A stretch of 62,700 bases of DNA from Candidatus Altiarchaeales archaeon WOR_SM1_SCG (lineage in GTDB: Archaea > Altiarchaeota > Altiarchaeia > IMC4 > WOR-SM1-SCG): assembly GCA_001723845.1 (NCBI GenBank), contig MCBE01000110.1, positions 1-62,700 on the forward strand, in the 5' to 3' direction. The stretch's first letter is position 1. Every line of letters starts with the position of its first letter. The notes under the pieces were generated by a model. That model worked only from the letters and a program-made list of their open reading frames with translations, had not been told where the DNA came from and did no database searches. The position numbers and the translations under genes are program-made. Positions 1 through 10,156 of this stretch are shown in pieces.

Positions 1-3000
1 GGATGCGATTGTTTTGTTCATTGTCCAGTTGAATGCCGGGACGAAACTTGTAGAATCGTGGGTAAAACTCCCGTTCGTCAAATACCCGCTCACAGTATTT
101 CCATGTGCAGACCTAAGCTTCAGTAAAGTCATATCACTATCGGTTACATTTATTACTCCCGTCCCCGTTCTTTTAAACTCCGTGGTAATATTGTGTGTCC
201 CGTAGCTGACATTGAACTTAACAGGTTGTGTCCCGGTCACGCCTTCATCGCCAATGGTGTCAAGTGATATTATTTCTTCTTCTAATATTACATTATCGTC
301 AACTTTAATCCTGATCCAGACTTCGTTTGGTACACCATCATCAGTTTCTTTTTTAACATTCACGGAAGTCAGCAAAACCAACTCCCTGCGAGGGGCAGAG
401 GTATTGAAATATTGAAGCACGCCACCCACATAAGTATCGCTGGCAAATGAGAAGTCCGGAACATTAAATTTAACCGCAAGCAGGGAAGTTGGCACAGGCA
501 CCCATATTTCACAGCTGATGTTGATCTGATCGGGTGATGTGTCTTCAGCGGATGTGACATTGAATACCGCCCAGAAACTCCCGTTAGTGGTGTTAAGGCA
601 TGTGAATTTAACGGTAGAATTCTGGTCGTGCGTCATGTTAGCGACAGTCCAGTTGCTTGATATAATCGTACAATTCCCAGTAGAGCAGTTGACGGTAACA
701 TTCGTGTTGTTTCCAAGGGATGTTAAATCAGCATACCCCGTCAGGTTCCCGCCGTTAATCGGTCCCGAACCAATATTAAGGTTTGACTGGTTCCACGAGA
801 TAGTTACACCCGAAATATTCAGGCAGCAGTCCCTTGTGTAATAATCGGAATAGGTATTGCTGCCGTCAAGGTCTATTGCCATTGCCCTGAAATTAACGCA
901 GTCCTGCCCCGAAAAATTTGATGTGTCCCATGAAAGTGTTGAATCCTCGGTGTGGTTTCCAATAACCGTCCACTGCTTACCGTCTATTGTCACCCAAACA
1001 CTTGTGTAGTTGATCTCATCTATTGTTGTTTCATTATACCAGTCCATATAAACCGCCCTTATCCTGAAGTCCTGTTTTGAGGAATTCTGCCATGCTGAAA
1101 GTATTCCTGCGTCGGTTGTCGTGAGAGTAAAGTTATGATGGGTTGTATTCAGCCCGTCTCCGGTGTATGTCTCATTCAAGCCGAATGTTCCGATAGTAAC
1201 AAAGTCGGTGCCGTTCCACATATCAAGCTCAATGTCAGGGTCGGTTGTTGACTGCTGAACGGATGCCGAGGGGTTATATGAAGAAACCTCAACCTTAACT
1301 GAAATGTTATCTATGCTGTAGTAATCGCTGTTCACATCAGTGTAATTTGTGTAGGATGTGTTTGTTTCGTTTGATGCTCCGCCTGAAGCCGGAGTAAAAG
1401 ATGCTGCCACCCTTACCAAACGATTGACAGTTCCCGTAAAAGTAGAATCTAATGATGCTTCTCCGCTTGCACCCCGAAGTTCTGCAACAGCGAATTGTGA
1501 AGAAGCATCCGTAAAGTCCCACAATTCAACTTGACCTTGTCCGTGCGCCCAAGAACCAGTATTTCCCTCTTCTGCTGCTGAAAATACCCATGCATCATTA
1601 GAAGGACTTAATGTATTTGTAATTGTAGCGCCAACTGTTTGATAAGTTCCGTCTGTGGCTTCAGGAGGACCTTGATTCACACCAATATATTCTGCAGCAA
1701 AGGCATGGGCGTCTAATGTGCTGACTGGGCTGATTGTAATGGATATTGTATTGGCACCGTCAGACGGAAGGTCATCTTCGAGTATATACCAGATTTCTGC
1801 TCTGTTGGCATACCCCGCGGCGACTGTGCTGTCTTCAACAGCTTGGGTCATTGCCTGACCGCCATAAGTTATAGCTGTTATGTCATTAATACCGTTGTTT
1901 TCTGCACCAACATAAACAACAACAATCCTATCAGAACCAGAAACAAGGGTATGTAAAAATGATAATGGCGAGGCTGAACTTGAACCACTTGTATCAGTTC
2001 CTACTTTTGTGATGGTGCTGCCTCCACCTCCACTTCCCGCCATGCTTACATCACTCGTATTCTGAACGGTTGTCACATTCTGAAGTGCCGCCTCAATAAC
2101 ATAAGTAATATTATCCCCATTAGCGTCTGTTGAGCCGGAGGCGTTTATCTCAACCGTGCCTGATGTGGTTATGTTGCAGTCAGAGGAGCCGTCAAATGTT
2201 ATGTTTGTCGGGGTTGTCGGGGGGGATTGTATAAATTCACAGCTTACATTAATCTGATCCGGTGTTGTGTCCTCATCTGAAGTAACATTGAACACCGCCC
2301 AGAAACTCCCTGCTGTGCTGTCATTGCAGGTGAACTGGACAGGCGACTGCTGCCCGTCTGACATGGAGGTTACTGTCCAGTTGTGCGTTATCGTGCCGGT
2401 GTTCCCTGCATTACAGTCCCCTGAATCACAAGTAACATTAACATCTGTGTTCGCGCCTGTTGAATTAATATCAGCAGAACCGGTTAAATTGCCAGCACCC
2501 TGGTATCCCGAACTTAAGTTGAGGGTTGACTGGTTCCATGCTACCGCGCTTACAGATGGTCGAATTGCTATCGTATTTCCAGCCCAAGCCGAGCTGGCGC
2601 TTAATGTATGTTGTCCCGGGTTTTCTGATGCTGCATTAAGTTCCCTCCGTGCGGATGCCACTTCTGCTGAAGCAGTGCCGCCGCCGCTGGATTGAGTAAA
2701 TACGCTATTGCCGTAGTTTGCAGGATAACTACTAACTGTTGCTGTTGAAGAATAACCTAAATAAGCAATCCATAGAGTATCGGCAGGTCCCCATGCCGGT
2801 GTTACAGCAGGCAGGTCTGGAAATTGAGTTGTAGCCTGAGCTCCCGCCCCAACAGCAACACCGTTGGTGATTGAGCCGTACCAGCTTGCTGCGCTTATCC
2901 TGTAAACCTGCGCCGCTGCTTCTTCGTTAGCAGAAGTTTGAAAATTAACCGTTGTTCCGCCTTCAGTGCCGTCAGAAATTTTTGCATAAATTGAAGCACG

Positions 3001-4005
3001 TACACGGCTATTAATTTCAACTGTTGTAGAAAGAAATGTCCAACCCCCGGGTGTTGCTACAGTTGCGCTGCCATCATTAGTAAATAAAACAAGCAGTAAA
3101 TCCCCGCTGGTTACTGTTGCAGGCATATTAACATTGTGAACTGTTGTGCCTGGAGTGAATGGAGTGGCTGTAATTGAGAGGACTTGCGAGAATGGATCAA
3201 TAATATGGTCAAACTCAAGATAAGCCGATGAATCATTATCATAATTTTTAATCCTTAAATCAAAGGTATCGTGGCTTCCAATCATTCCGGTTAAATAAAT
3301 TTTATAATATTTTGTTCCGGTGATTATCGGGAATTCCGTTATTTTCTCCGTGCTGTTGAAGTAATAGACCTCAACAGTTGTGTTCAAACCCCGGATATTT
3401 CTCGGGTAAATTGTGATATCATTTTTAGAGGTTAGATTCTTCTCAAAAGTAACTCTAACATATTCTCCTTCATAGATCGGTTCTGACCATATACCATCCA
3501 ATGCTTTAACCTCTTCAAAGATGTCTGACACCGGCGTTCTGTTTGCGTTCAGGTGCAGGGCTTTTGTTGCAAGAATAAAGGCATCGTTATTTGCATACTC
3601 AACATCCTCGCCGAACCTGAACTTTAGATGGTGTTTTCCTGCCGAAAGAACCTTACCTGTCTCCGTTCCCGTTTCACTGCACTCGTAATCCCTGATTAAA
3701 ATTGAATTATTAATTAATTCGTAATTTAAGGTTTCATCCCCGCACCTGACTTCAAGGAACATTAAATCTTTATTAAATTCGGTTCCGTTAACGGCGGTAA
3801 TCCACAGGTCAGCGGTTCCGGTTGTGTTGAACATGACCGTCCATGTTCCTCCGACCGCCGGGTATTCCTGCGGGTTTTTGATTGTGAGGTCTGCTTCTGC
3901 CGCGGGAGTGCCTGATGTTACATAAAGGGCGCACGCTAACGCTGCGAAAAGCAAAAACAATCCGGTTACTATTACCGTCTTATTGTGGGTTGGTTTTTGG
4001 GTCAT
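1..4005 (-). CDS. Large secreted/surface protein, >1335 aa, 3' end outside the window (not in the ORF track)
   Basis: Partial manual translation from the ATG at 4005: MTQKPTHNKTVIVTGLFLLFAALACALYV (signal peptide)...NPQEYPAVGGTWTVMFNTTGTADLWITAVNGTEFNKDL...LEFDHIIDP. The same frame is still open at 1-60 (HDSTSFVPAFNWTMNKTIAS). Asn/Thr/Ser-rich with many N-x-S/T sequons. Confidence 0.85.
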   Translation of the reverse strand, partial: MTQKPTHNKTVIVTGLFLLFAALACALYVTSGTPAAEADLTIKNPQEYPAVGGTWTVMFNTTGTADLWITAVNGTEFNKDLMFLEVRCGDETLNYELINNSILIRDYECSETGTETGKVLSAGKHHLKFRFGEDVEYANNDAFILATKALHLNANRTPVSDIFEEVKALDGIWSEPIYEGEYVRVTFEKNLTSKNDITIYPRNIRGLNTTVEVYYFNSTEKITEFPIITGTKYYKIYLTGMIGSHDTFDLRIKNYDNDSSAYLEFDHIIDPFSQVLSITATPFTPGTTVHNVNMPATVTSGDLLLVLFTNDGSATVATPGGWTFLSTTVEINSRVRASIYAKISDGTEGGTTVNFQTSANEEAAAQVYRISAASWYGSITNGVAVGAGAQATTQFPDLPAVTPAWGPADTLWIAYLGYSSTATVSSYPANYGNSVFTQSSGGGTASAEVASARRELNAASENPGQHTLSASSAWAGNTIAIRPSVSAVAWNQSTLNLSSGYQGAGNLTGSADINSTGANTDVNVTCDSGDCNAGNTGTITHNWTVTSMSDGQQSPVQFTCNDSTAGSFWAVFNVTSDEDTTPDQINVSCEFIQSPPTTPTNITFDGSSDCNITTSGTVEINASGSTDANGDNITYVIEAALQNVTTVQNTSDVSMAGSGGGGSTITKVGTDTSGSSSASPLSFLHTLVSGSDRIVVVYVGAENNGINDITAITYGGQAMTQAVEDSTVAAGYANRAEIWYILEDDLPSDGANTISITISPVSTLDAHAFAAEYIGVNQGPPEATDGTYQTVGATITNTLSPSNDAWVFSAAEEGNTGSWAHGQGQVELWDFTDASSQFAVAELRGASGEASLDSTFTGTVNRLVRVAASFTPASGGASNETNTSYTNYTDVNSDYYSIDNISVKVEVSSYNPSASVQQSTTDPDIELDMWNGTDFVTIGTFGLNETYTGDGLNTTHHNFTLTTTDAGILSAWQNSSKQDFRIRAVYMDWYNETTIDEINYTSVWVTIDGKQWTVIGNHTEDSTLSWDTSNFSGQDCVNFRAMAIDLDGSNTYSDYYTRDCCLNISGVTISWNQSNLNIGSGPINGGNLTGYADLTSLGNNTNVTVNCSTGNCTIISSNWTVANMTHDQNSTVKFTCLNTTNGSFWAVFNVTSAEDTSPDQINISCEIWVPVPTSLLAVKFNVPDFSFASDTYVGGVLQYFNTSAPRRELVLLTSVNVKKETDDGVPNEVWIRIKVDDNVILEEEIISLDTIGDEGVTGTQPVKFNVSYGTHNITTEFKRTGTGVINVTDSDMTLLKLRSAHGNTVSGYLTNGSFTHDSTSFVPAFNWTMNKTIAS
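510..2545 (-). repeat. Internal domain repeat in the surface protein (about 510-810 and 2240-2545)
   Basis: Both segments encode WNQSxLN...NLTG.AD...FWAVFNVTSxEDTxPDQIN and share the DNA ACATTGAAYACCGCCCAGAAACTCCC. Confidence 0.8.
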
Positions 4006-4007
4006 GC

Positions 4008-5447
4008 TTAAGTTTTTGATTTTTCAAACATATTTTCACAATCTTTTTGACGCATTTTTTGACGCATTTTTGACGCATCTTGCGTCAAAAGTGAATATTT
4101 TAATTTTCTTTTTCCGGTGTCCGTGCTTTTTAAAACACCCTTTTTAACTAAATTCACCAGGTCTCTTGAAGCCGTGTATCTTGATACTTTATTAAGTTCC
4201 CTGTACTCCTTATTACCCATACCACCCTGTTTTAAAACATAGTTTACGCCCGCTATTTGTCTCTCGTTCAATCCGAGCTTTTTAAGATTTTCAAGTAAAG
4301 GAGGTAATCTAAAAACTATGACAAAATCTCCCGCTATAATTTTAAACTCCGGTTCCGGTAAACCATATCTGTTGCATTCCCTTATAATATCATTTGTTCC
4401 TGTTCCAACCTCCTCTATGTATTTAATCCAGAATAGTCCCCTGGCTAATAAAGGATTGCGGGGGAATGATTTGTGCGGCTTTCTTAAATCATCAAGAGTT
4501 AAAGGAGAAATTAAAGTCCCGGGGTTCCATATTTCAATCCGGTCATCAAAAACCCTGACCTGAACCTTAGAAGGATTCTCATAATCCCTGTGAACAACGG
4601 CGTTTGTAATTGCTTCCCTTATTGCCCATGGAGGGTATTGATACTTTTCAGTTCTTTGAACACCTTTTTCAGCAGGGAAAACTGATTTTTGTATATTTCT
4701 CAAAACAAATTTTTCTGCCTCATTAATTTGCTCAATAATATTTCCTTCAATAACCTGGAAATCAATGAAAGGTTTGACTGGTTCATCTCCTTTAAATCTG
4801 ATACATTTAATTTCTGACTGGATAAAGAAATCCTGCGGCAGTTTTCCAAACAAAAGAGCAGCTGCGTTAGTCAGTTTTCCATCCTGTGTTAAGTTCAATT
4901 TCATCAATGCTTCCTCAACGGATGTATTTTCCAGGATATTAAGCCCCCTTTGTATTCTCGCTTCTCTTAAAAACCACCTCACAGTTTTCTCATCAATATC
5001 ATCCGGACCTGCTTCTTCAGAGATTTCGGAACCCCATGATCTGCTCTTCTTTTCTATGATAATCCTCTCAATCTCATCGGGAGGAATTATCACATTTTCG
5101 GTTCCGATTCTCTTGTATGCGACCCCGTCCAGGTAATAGAGCCTGTTTATTCCCCCTTCTATCCCGACTTTAATGATATTCTTTTTGCATGCTCCAAGAA
5201 CCGTGATTTCCGGGCTTACTTCCGGCTTTATCTTCTGCCTTATTTTCTGTGATATTGACCTTAATGTGGAGTCAGAGACATCCTGCCCGATTACTTTCCC
5301 TTCATGGATTCCAAAATACAGCCCCCCGCCCCTGTGGTTCAAAAACCCACATACTGCCTTCAGACCCTTCTCTAACTGAGCCGTTGATTTCTTGAATTCT
5401 ACCTTCTCGGATTCACCGTATTTTAGTAATTCATTTATTTCATTCAT
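4008..5447 (-). CDS. AlbA_2 (Schlafen-like) + HATPase_c_4-like + C-terminal wHTH protein (often labelled RecG-like/transcriptional regulator), copy 5
   Basis: ESEKVEFK...GFLNHRGG.LYFGI (AlbA_2); AIREAITNAVVHRDY, DDRIEIWNPG, PRNPLLA, IEEVGTG; LNERQ...NKEYRELNKVSRYTASRDL (wHTH). Confidence 0.85.
   Translation of the reverse strand: MNEINELLKYGESEKVEFKKSTAQLEKGLKAVCGFLNHRGGGLYFGIHEGKVIGQDVSDSTLRSISQKIRQKIKPEVSPEITVLGACKKNIIKVGIEGGINRLYYLDGVAYKRIGTENVIIPPDEIERIIIEKKSRSWGSEISEEAGPDDIDEKTVRWFLREARIQRGLNILENTSVEEALMKLNLTQDGKLTNAAALLFGKLPQDFFIQSEIKCIRFKGDEPVKPFIDFQVIEGNIIEQINEAEKFVLRNIQKSVFPAEKGVQRTEKYQYPPWAIREAITNAVVHRDYENPSKVQVRVFDDRIEIWNPGTLISPLTLDDLRKPHKSFPRNPLLARGLFWIKYIEEVGTGTNDIIRECNRYGLPEPEFKIIAGDFVIVFRLPPLLENLKKLGLNERQIAGVNYVLKQGGMGNKEYRELNKVSRYTASRDLVNLVKKGVLKSTDTGKRKLKYSLLTQDASKMRQKMRQKDCENMFEKSKT
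4044..4090. repeat. (T)TTTTGACGCAT x3 plus an inverted copy (perfect 10-bp stem)
   Basis: Read directly: TTTTGACGCA-TCT-TGCGTCAAAA at 4068-4090. Confidence 0.9.
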
Positions 5448-5890
5448 TCTTTTTTGAGGACATAATAAATATTAGGATTATGAGTTTGTAAGCCGAACCT
5501 GAACTTTAGATGATGCTTTCCTGAAGTAAGAACCTTACCTGTCCCCGTTCCCGTTTCACCGCACTCGTAATTCCCGACGAAAATTGAATTATTAATTAAT
5601 TCGTAATTTAAGGTTTCATTCCCGCACCTGACTGCGACGAACATTAAATCTTTATTAAATTCGGTTCCGTTAACGGCGGTAATCCACAGGTCAGCGGTTC
5701 CGGTTGTGTTGAACATGACCGTCCAGGATCCGCCGACCGCGGGGTAGGACTGGGGGTTAATTATCGTGATATTCGCATCCCCGCCGGGCGGGCTTTCTGA
5801 CGCAATCGGAAGAGCGCACGCTAACGCTATGAAAAGCACGATTAGTCCGGTTCCGGACAACGCCTTAATTCGGGTTGTTTTTTGTGTCAT
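5444..5890 (-). CDS. 148-aa signal-peptide protein, truncated paralogue of the N-terminus of the 1..4005 protein
   Basis: Nearly identical to the first ~132 residues of the large protein from NPQ.YPAVGG to GKHHL.FRFG, then diverges to LQTHNPNIYYVLKKE. ATGA overlap with the next gene. Confidence 0.7.
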   Translation of the reverse strand: MTQKTTRIKALSGTGLIVLFIALACALPIASESPPGGDANITIINPQSYPAVGGSWTVMFNTTGTADLWITAVNGTEFNKDLMFVAVRCGNETLNYELINNSIFVGNYECGETGTGTGKVLTSGKHHLKFRFGLQTHNPNIYYVLKKE

Positions 5891-6070
5891 GATTTTTTTG
5901 GTTTGGATTTTGATTTTTTGGATTTTTGATTTTCTCTGTTTTTTATCAGGTAATTTATCAAGTAATTTGATTTGAGGTTTCAGATTTTTGAAACCGCTGC
6001 AACTTCTGCAACCGCTAAAGTTAAAGCGACCATTATCGGCATGCTTTGCCGTTCCCTGCTTATTTTAATG

Positions 6071-6235
6071 TTTTGCGTCATTTTTATCGTTTATGTCCTG
6101 TTATGTCCTGTTATGTCCCCTTTATTAGTTGCTTATTTATCCTTTATTGTTTTGCGTCATTTTTGCGTCATGTTGACGCGAAAGTACAGCCGTTAATCGT
6201 CCGTTAATCGTCCGTTAATCGTCCGTTATGTCCGT
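6071..6235. repeat. Three stacked short tandem repeats: TTATGTCCTG x~3, TTTTGCGTCAT x2 (plus one more at 6071) with an inverted copy, CCGTTAATCGT x3
   Basis: Read directly at 6091-6120, 6150-6183 and 6190-6222. Confidence 0.9.
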
Positions 6236-7587
6236 AAAGTGTAATATGTGCCTCTTCCCTTTCCTGTCAAATAAATGATTCCCTTGTTGACCATATCCAA
6301 AAGGTCCTCGTAGGCAACGGTTTTTTCAACATTACAAATTTGACAGTAGGTTCTCCTATTTATTTTGCCTTGTTTTTTCAGGTATTCTATTGCTTTTCTT
6401 TGCCTTTCATTCAAATTAAATCTATCAATGTAGGTATCAGCATACTTATTTCTCCATATCGTTACCACAAAACACCCCATCTTTTCTTCAAATTTTGGCT
6501 CAGGCAAGCCATTGTCTCTGCACAGCATTATTACATCAGTAGTTCCGCCTCCCGCGTCTTCTACATAACCTGCCCTGTAAAGCTGCCTGAATATCAATGA
6601 ATTTTTTGGTATTGATGGGTGCGGCTTTTTTAAGTCATCTATTTTTAATTGCCCTGGCAAAGAGCCGGGATTCCATATCTCAACCCGGTCAGGAAATATT
6701 CTCACCTGAACTTTGGAAGGGGACTCGTAGTCCCTGTGAACAACTGCATTGACAATACATTCCCGTACAGCATCTTCCGGGATTTCATACGGGTTCTTTG
6801 CCGATGCTTTTCCGGGTTCAAGCCATAAAGGTCTGTGAATATTCTCCAATACAAATACTAGTGATTTATCAACCTGGTCAAATAAAGTTCCTTCATAAGA
6901 GCAGTAACTTGTATAGGGCTTCACAAATTCCGTTGTTGGGAGTACAATGCATTTAACTCCGGATTGAATAAATTCCGGTTCCTTGCTGAAAAGCAGGACT
7001 GCAGCATTTGTTAATCGCCCGTCTTTTGATAATTTTATTCTCATTAATATGTCATCAGCTGGTGTGTCTTCCGGGATATTCATCCTTTTTTGTCTTATTC
7101 CTTCTTTCAGGAACCACCTCACTTTCTCCTCGTCCATATCTTTAAAATCAGCGTCCGGAGAGATTTGCTTATCCCATTGATTCTTCCGCCTTTCCATGAT
7201 AATTCTTTCAAGTTCTTCAGGAGGGATCACAGAATTCTCGGTTCCGACTCTTTTGTAGGCAATCCCGTTTAAATAGCAGGGTTTATTCAGCCCCTCTTTT
7301 ACCTTTACTTCAATAACCTTTTCTTTGCCCGTTCCAAGAACCGTGATTTCCGGGCTTATCTCAGGCTTTATCTTCTGCCTTATTTTCTGTGATATTGACC
7401 TCAAAGTGGAGTCCGAAACCTCCTGCCCGACTACCTTCCCTCCGTGGATTCCGAAATAAACGCTGCCTCCCTTGTGGTTCAAAAACCCACATACTGCCTT
7501 CAGACCCTTCTCTAACTGAGCCGTTGATTTCTTGAATTCTACCTTCTCGGATTCGCTATATTTTAGTAATTCATTTATTTCATTCAT
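6226..7587 (-). CDS. AlbA_2-HATPase_c_4-wHTH protein, copy 4
   Basis: Same N-terminus MNEINELLKY...; AVRECIVNAVVHRDY, DRVEIWNPG, LNERQRKA, GKGRGTYY. Confidence 0.85.
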   Translation of the reverse strand: MNEINELLKYSESEKVEFKKSTAQLEKGLKAVCGFLNHKGGSVYFGIHGGKVVGQEVSDSTLRSISQKIRQKIKPEISPEITVLGTGKEKVIEVKVKEGLNKPCYLNGIAYKRVGTENSVIPPEELERIIMERRKNQWDKQISPDADFKDMDEEKVRWFLKEGIRQKRMNIPEDTPADDILMRIKLSKDGRLTNAAVLLFSKEPEFIQSGVKCIVLPTTEFVKPYTSYCSYEGTLFDQVDKSLVFVLENIHRPLWLEPGKASAKNPYEIPEDAVRECIVNAVVHRDYESPSKVQVRIFPDRVEIWNPGSLPGQLKIDDLKKPHPSIPKNSLIFRQLYRAGYVEDAGGGTTDVIMLCRDNGLPEPKFEEKMGCFVVTIWRNKYADTYIDRFNLNERQRKAIEYLKKQGKINRRTYCQICNVEKTVAYEDLLDMVNKGIIYLTGKGRGTYYTLRT

Positions 7588-8030
7588 TCTTTTTTGAGGA
7601 CATAATAAATATTAGGATTATGAGTTTGTAAGCCGAATTTGAACTCCAGATGGTGCTTTCCTGAAGTAAGAACCTTACCTGTCCCCGTTCCCGTTTCACT
7701 GCACTCGTAATTCCCGACGAAAATTGAATTATTAATTAATTCGTAATTTAAGATTTCATTCCCGCACCTGACTGCGACGAACTCTAAATCTTTATTAAAT
7801 TCGGTTCCGTTAACGGCGGTAATCCGGAGGTCTGCGGTTCCGGTTGTGTTGAACATTACCGTCCAGTTGCCGCCGACCGCGGGGTAGGACTGGGGGTTAA
7901 TTATCGTGATATTCGCATCCCCGCCGGGCGGGCTTTCTGACGCAATCGGAAGAGCGCACGCTAACGCTATGAAAAGCACGATTAGTCCGGTTCCGGACAA
8001 CGCCTTAATGCGGGTTGTTTTTTGTGTCAT
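7584..8030 (-). CDS. 148-aa truncated surface-protein N-terminus copy
   Basis: Only a handful of substitutions relative to 5444..5890. ATGA overlap with 6226..7587. Confidence 0.7.
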   Translation of the reverse strand: MTQKTTRIKALSGTGLIVLFIALACALPIASESPPGGDANITIINPQSYPAVGGNWTVMFNTTGTADLRITAVNGTEFNKDLEFVAVRCGNEILNYELINNSIFVGNYECSETGTGTGKVLTSGKHHLEFKFGLQTHNPNIYYVLKKE

Positions 8031-8069
8031 GATTTTTTTGGTTTGGATTTTGATTTTTTTTGATTTTAT

Positions 8070-9554
8070 TTATTGATTTATGGTATCATTTGCAGTATCA
8101 TTAAACTTGTGATGCCCTGTTTTTGCGGAACTGATTTTGTTATCGTCCGATTTATCGTCCGATTTATCGTCCGATTTTGATACATAATATGTTCCGGGAC
8201 CCGATGATTTGCTTACAATAATCTTTTTATTTACAAGATTTACAATATCTCTATGAGCCGTATCTTTTGCAACACCGGATAATTTTCTATATTCCTTATT
8301 TGTAATCTTTCCTTTAATTTGAAGATATTCAATCGCTTTCTTCTGCCTTTCATTTAATTCAATCCCGGCAGTATCAATAACCCTTTCTACATTTGGATTC
8401 CTGAACCTTATCACAAACCATCCTAGTCTCTCTTCAAATTCCGGCGGCGGGAGTTCCCATTTTTCTAAATCTTCCCGGATTCTCAAAAAACCGGTTCCAC
8501 GTTTATCCATGATGTCCAGATTATTGAAAACGCCTGCAATAATCTTGTTTCTGGTTTCAGGCGTGTAGTCATCGTTTTTGATGTTATCAACCGTAAGGGG
8601 TCTCAATAATTCGCCGGGGCTTAAAATCTCAATAAATGAGTTGTACATCCGGATTAAAATTGTTTCCTGCTTATGCCAATCCCTGTGAACCAGTGCATTA
8701 ATCGTAGCTTCTCTTAAGGCATTAATCGGGTACTCCGTCCGGACTTCTGTTTTAAATCCGACAACCCTTGCTGGTGTTCGCATGTTTTTCAGGAAGAATT
8801 TCTCCGCCTGCTTTATAATTTTAAATAATGTTCCCCTTAAATCTTTTCTGTCAAGCCATTCAACTCTCGTATCTCCGATATACCGATCTGCTTTTACTTC
8901 GCTGTGGTGCAAATCACGGTAAGGGTCTGCCCCAAACAACAGGATGCCTGCAAGCGTAGGCGTTAATCCGCCGTTATCTTTGACAATGAAATGTTCTTTT
9001 TCCATTAGCTCAATTAAGTAGTCATTAGTTAATTGTTTTGTTAATTTACTCTTTTTCAGGTATTTTTCCACTGCTTTTAAATCCAGATCATCAAGGGTTG
9101 CATTCTCAACCGGATAAATGTCCTGTGATTTTGAAGAGCCTTCCCGGTATAACCTTGCGATTTCCTCTTTGTTTGCAGGCATGCTGGATGAGCCGATCCT
9201 GACTCTCGGATTGTGTTCCCCGCGGACAAAGTACGGCGTGTCCTTACCTTTCGGGCAGTGAATTACTATGAAATCTTTGTTCTTGTATTTCACGAATTCG
9301 ATTTCAGGCTCTTCATCCAACCTGCACCAGTGCCTGATTATTTGCGTAAACTTGTTCTCCGTTTTCTGTGCATCGGATAAGCCAACCGGTTTTCTTGTCT
9401 CATCCGCAACACCGATGATGATTTTACCGCCCCTGCCGTTGTATAGGGATGTCACTAACTGAGCGACTTTATTTGATTCCGGTAGTTCCAGCTTAAAGTC
9501 TATGTCTTTGTTTTCTTTTTCTTCAAGCAATTTTTCAAACTCTTTTTCTTTCAT
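8070..9554 (-). CDS. AlbA_2-HATPase_c_4-wHTH protein, copy 3 (divergent N-terminus)
   Basis: ENKDIDFK...LYNGRGGKIIIGVAD; ALREATINALVHRDW; MDKRGTG; LNERQKKA; C-terminal SDDK x3. Confidence 0.85.
   Translation of the reverse strand: MKEKEFEKLLEEKENKDIDFKLELPESNKVAQLVTSLYNGRGGKIIIGVADETRKPVGLSDAQKTENKFTQIIRHWCRLDEEPEIEFVKYKNKDFIVIHCPKGKDTPYFVRGEHNPRVRIGSSSMPANKEEIARLYREGSSKSQDIYPVENATLDDLDLKAVEKYLKKSKLTKQLTNDYLIELMEKEHFIVKDNGGLTPTLAGILLFGADPYRDLHHSEVKADRYIGDTRVEWLDRKDLRGTLFKIIKQAEKFFLKNMRTPARVVGFKTEVRTEYPINALREATINALVHRDWHKQETILIRMYNSFIEILSPGELLRPLTVDNIKNDDYTPETRNKIIAGVFNNLDIMDKRGTGFLRIREDLEKWELPPPEFEERLGWFVIRFRNPNVERVIDTAGIELNERQKKAIEYLQIKGKITNKEYRKLSGVAKDTAHRDIVNLVNKKIIVSKSSGPGTYYVSKSDDKSDDKSDDNKISSAKTGHHKFNDTANDTINQ
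8140..8175. repeat. TTATCGTCCGAT x3
   Basis: Read directly. Encodes the SDDK repeats. Confidence 0.9.
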
Positions 9555-10024
9555 GGGTTTTTCTTTTTGAAATTTTTATTTTGAGATGAGATAAAAGTAT
9601 ATTTTTCGGCGTACTCAACAGCATCGCTAAATCTGAACTCCAGATGATGCTTTCCTGCCGAAAGAACCTTACCTGTCCCCGTTCCCGTTTCACTGCACTC
9701 GTAATTCCCGACGAAAATTGAATTATTAATTAATTCGTAATTTAAGGTTTCATTCCCGCACCTGACCCCAAGGAACATTAAATCTTTATTAAATTCGGTT
9801 CCGTTAACGGCGGTAATCCACAGGTCTGCGGTTCCGGTTGTGTTGAACATGACAGTCCAGGATCCGCCGACCGCGGGGTAGGACTGGGGGTTAATTATCG
9901 TGATATTCGCATCCCCGCCGGGCGGGCTTTCTGACGCAATCGGAAGATCGCACGCTAACGCTATGAAAAGCACGATTAGTCCGGTTCCGGACAACGCCTT
10001 AATGCGGGTTGTTTTTGGAGTCAT
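9551..10024 (-). CDS. 157-aa truncated surface-protein N-terminus copy (start reassigned to MTPKTT)
   Basis: Paralogy with the other copies fixes the start at ATG 10024. This copy follows the parent a few residues further (FRFSDAVEYA vs FRFGEDVEYA). Confidence 0.7.
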   Translation of the reverse strand: MTPKTTRIKALSGTGLIVLFIALACDLPIASESPPGGDANITIINPQSYPAVGGSWTVMFNTTGTADLWITAVNGTEFNKDLMFLGVRCGNETLNYELINNSIFVGNYECSETGTGTGKVLSAGKHHLEFRFSDAVEYAEKYTFISSQNKNFKKKNP

Positions 10025-10097
10025 GATTTTTTTTTGATTTTTGATTTTTTTTTTGATTTTTGATTTTTTTGTTTGTATATATTTTTCCGACATCAAT

Positions 10098-10141
10098 TTT
10101 TCGGTTACTTTTCGGTTACTTTTCGGTTACTTTTCGGTTAC
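10098..10141. repeat. TTTTCGGTTAC x4
   Basis: Read directly, just 3' of the 10157..11524 stop. Confidence 0.9.
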
Positions 10142-10156
10142 TTTTTATTATTCATT

